Assembly (NCBI RefSeq): GCF_048593235.1
Contig: NC_133617.1
Span: 68,409,767 to 68,473,766 of the forward strand
Direction: 5' to 3'
DNA: 64,000 nt
Origin: Sminthopsis crassicaudata
Taxonomy: Eukaryota
The position numbers and the translations under genes are program-made. The notes under the pieces are model-generated. The model saw only the letters and a program-made list of their open reading frames with translations, was not told the origin of the DNA and did no database searches. Positions 63,006 to 64,000 of the stretch are shown piece after piece; position 1 is the stretch's first letter, and every line of letters begins with the position of its first letter.

Positions 63006-63223
63006 CAAACTGCAAAACGTTTTGTTTCTAGGTGAAACAGGTGAAATAACCCTAGATTTCCAAACTTCTCATTCTGTGATTCTAGCATGTCCCTCACCTG
63101 GGGAACCAACAGTCTGGCTGGGAAGGTCTGAGGTATGCCAAGTGGCAGAGCTTGGGATATGTATGGAACAATCCTGCCTCTCCCAGGAGTAAGGATGGAG
63201 ACCACCGGCACTGGACAAACAGT

Positions 63224-63229
63224 TTTATT
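63224..63229 (-). terminator. Candidate DENND1C polyadenylation signal
   Basis: AATAAA on the minus strand; alternatives at 63321 and 62760. Confidence 0.4.
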
Positions 63230-63356
63230 GGGGAGGCTTCAAGGCATAGGATGGGACTTGGTACAAATGAAATTGGTATTGTATGGAAGTGGGAGGAGAT
63301 CCAAATCAATCTTGGATTTTTTTATTCTCAGCATGGTCTGAGCAGAAAAATTGCCC

Positions 63357-63743
63357 CTAGCCCTCAAATCGCTTTTTGAGCTGAGCTACCTTGGGATGAA
63401 TGAAGACCCCCTCTCTGAGACGTGGGGGTACTCCTCTATGAATGTCCTGGGGAACTGGTACAGGACTAGGGGGTCTGTATTCTGCACAGATGTTGGGTAT
63501 CTCTGACTCTACAAAGACTTTGGAGGACTGAGGTACAGCAAAGGTCCCAGAGGGTAGCAATTGTGGCTCTTGAAATTCTTCCTCAACCAGGAGTTGCTGA
63601 TGGCTTGAGGAAGGGACTTGGGGGGCTACAGTCTCCATGGAGGTATGAGAAGTCCTGGGTTCTTCCAACTCCTCACTGAGAAGAGCTGCAGTAGGCACTT
63701 TGGGGGATAGCAATTGTTCCTTTGAAGTTTCTTCCAGAAGCAT
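63357..63743 (-). CDS. DENND1C: DENND1C terminal coding segment (5' boundary uncertain)
   Basis: Ends PKVAQLKKRFEG*, matching the recalled DENND1C C-terminus (R..VADLKKCFEG); syntenic position after CRB3; pyrimidine tract plus CAG at 63745-63744. Confidence 0.75.
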   Translation of the reverse strand: MLLEETSKEQLLSPKVPTAALLSEELEEPRTSHTSMETVAPQVPSSSHQQLLVEEEFQEPQLLPSGTFAVPQSSKVFVESEIPNICAEYRPPSPVPVPQDIHRGVPPRLREGVFIHPKVAQLKKRFEG

Positions 63744-64000
63744 CTGGGGGAGAGACCGGGTGGAGAAAAATCAGCTGAACTGAAGTAGTAGGCAGATCTG
63801 ATAGAGCACTTGAGATAGAGCCAAAGTTCTTAACTCTCCTTGTGAAATGGGCTGCCTGGAGGGATTGTAAGATCCCCTCTACTAAAAGTGGATGACTACT
63901 CGGTGGGGACAAGAGTCTTAGAGATGAAAGAAACTAGATAGTCATCTAGTCCAACCTCATTTTGTAGATGAGTCTCCATAGACATTGAGTCTTGTCTAAG

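Noticed and set aside
63869-63880. RGDL peptide resembling human DENND1C HRGDL
   Set aside because: A four-residue match in a frame that closes after 16 codons; not enough to define an exon.

Overview
Marsupial genomic DNA. WSINE1, Mar1 and the L1 3' ends point to an Australian marsupial, most likely a dasyurid such as the Tasmanian devil (inferred from repeat content, not confirmed). The gene order matches the human 19p13.3 cluster: KHSRP (minus; 17 coding exons visible, 3' end runs off the left edge), a ~30 kb TE-filled spacer with two N-gaps, SLC25A41 (minus, 7 coding exons), SLC25A23 (minus, 10 coding exons), CRB3 (plus, divergent; 3 coding exons plus an alternative CRB3B terminal exon) and the last coding segment of DENND1C (minus, convergent). 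Exon boundaries were read manually from GT/AG sites and checked for phase. Main anomalies: (1) a +1 G insertion frameshifts KHSRP exon 9; (2) a -1 C deletion frameshifts SLC25A23 exon 3; both lie in short homopolymers, so assembly error is the leading explanation; (3) an in-frame TGA splits SLC25A41 exon 1 into a uORF plus a re-start ATG; (4) a ~1.3 kb degenerate TTACAG(G/A)TGT E-box array lies directly upstream of CRB3; (5) the CRB3B exon lacks the CLPI terminus; (6) a MIR appears to supply a splice acceptor in SLC25A41; (7) an unexplained ~100-bp segment is duplicated between two SLC25A23 introns; (8) tandem miR-199-5p 8mer sites sit in the SLC25A23 3'UTR; (9) an L1-in-L1 nest has two perfect TSDs. 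No CRISPR array, rRNA or tRNA gene was found. Human comparisons are recalled from memory and need alignment to confirm.
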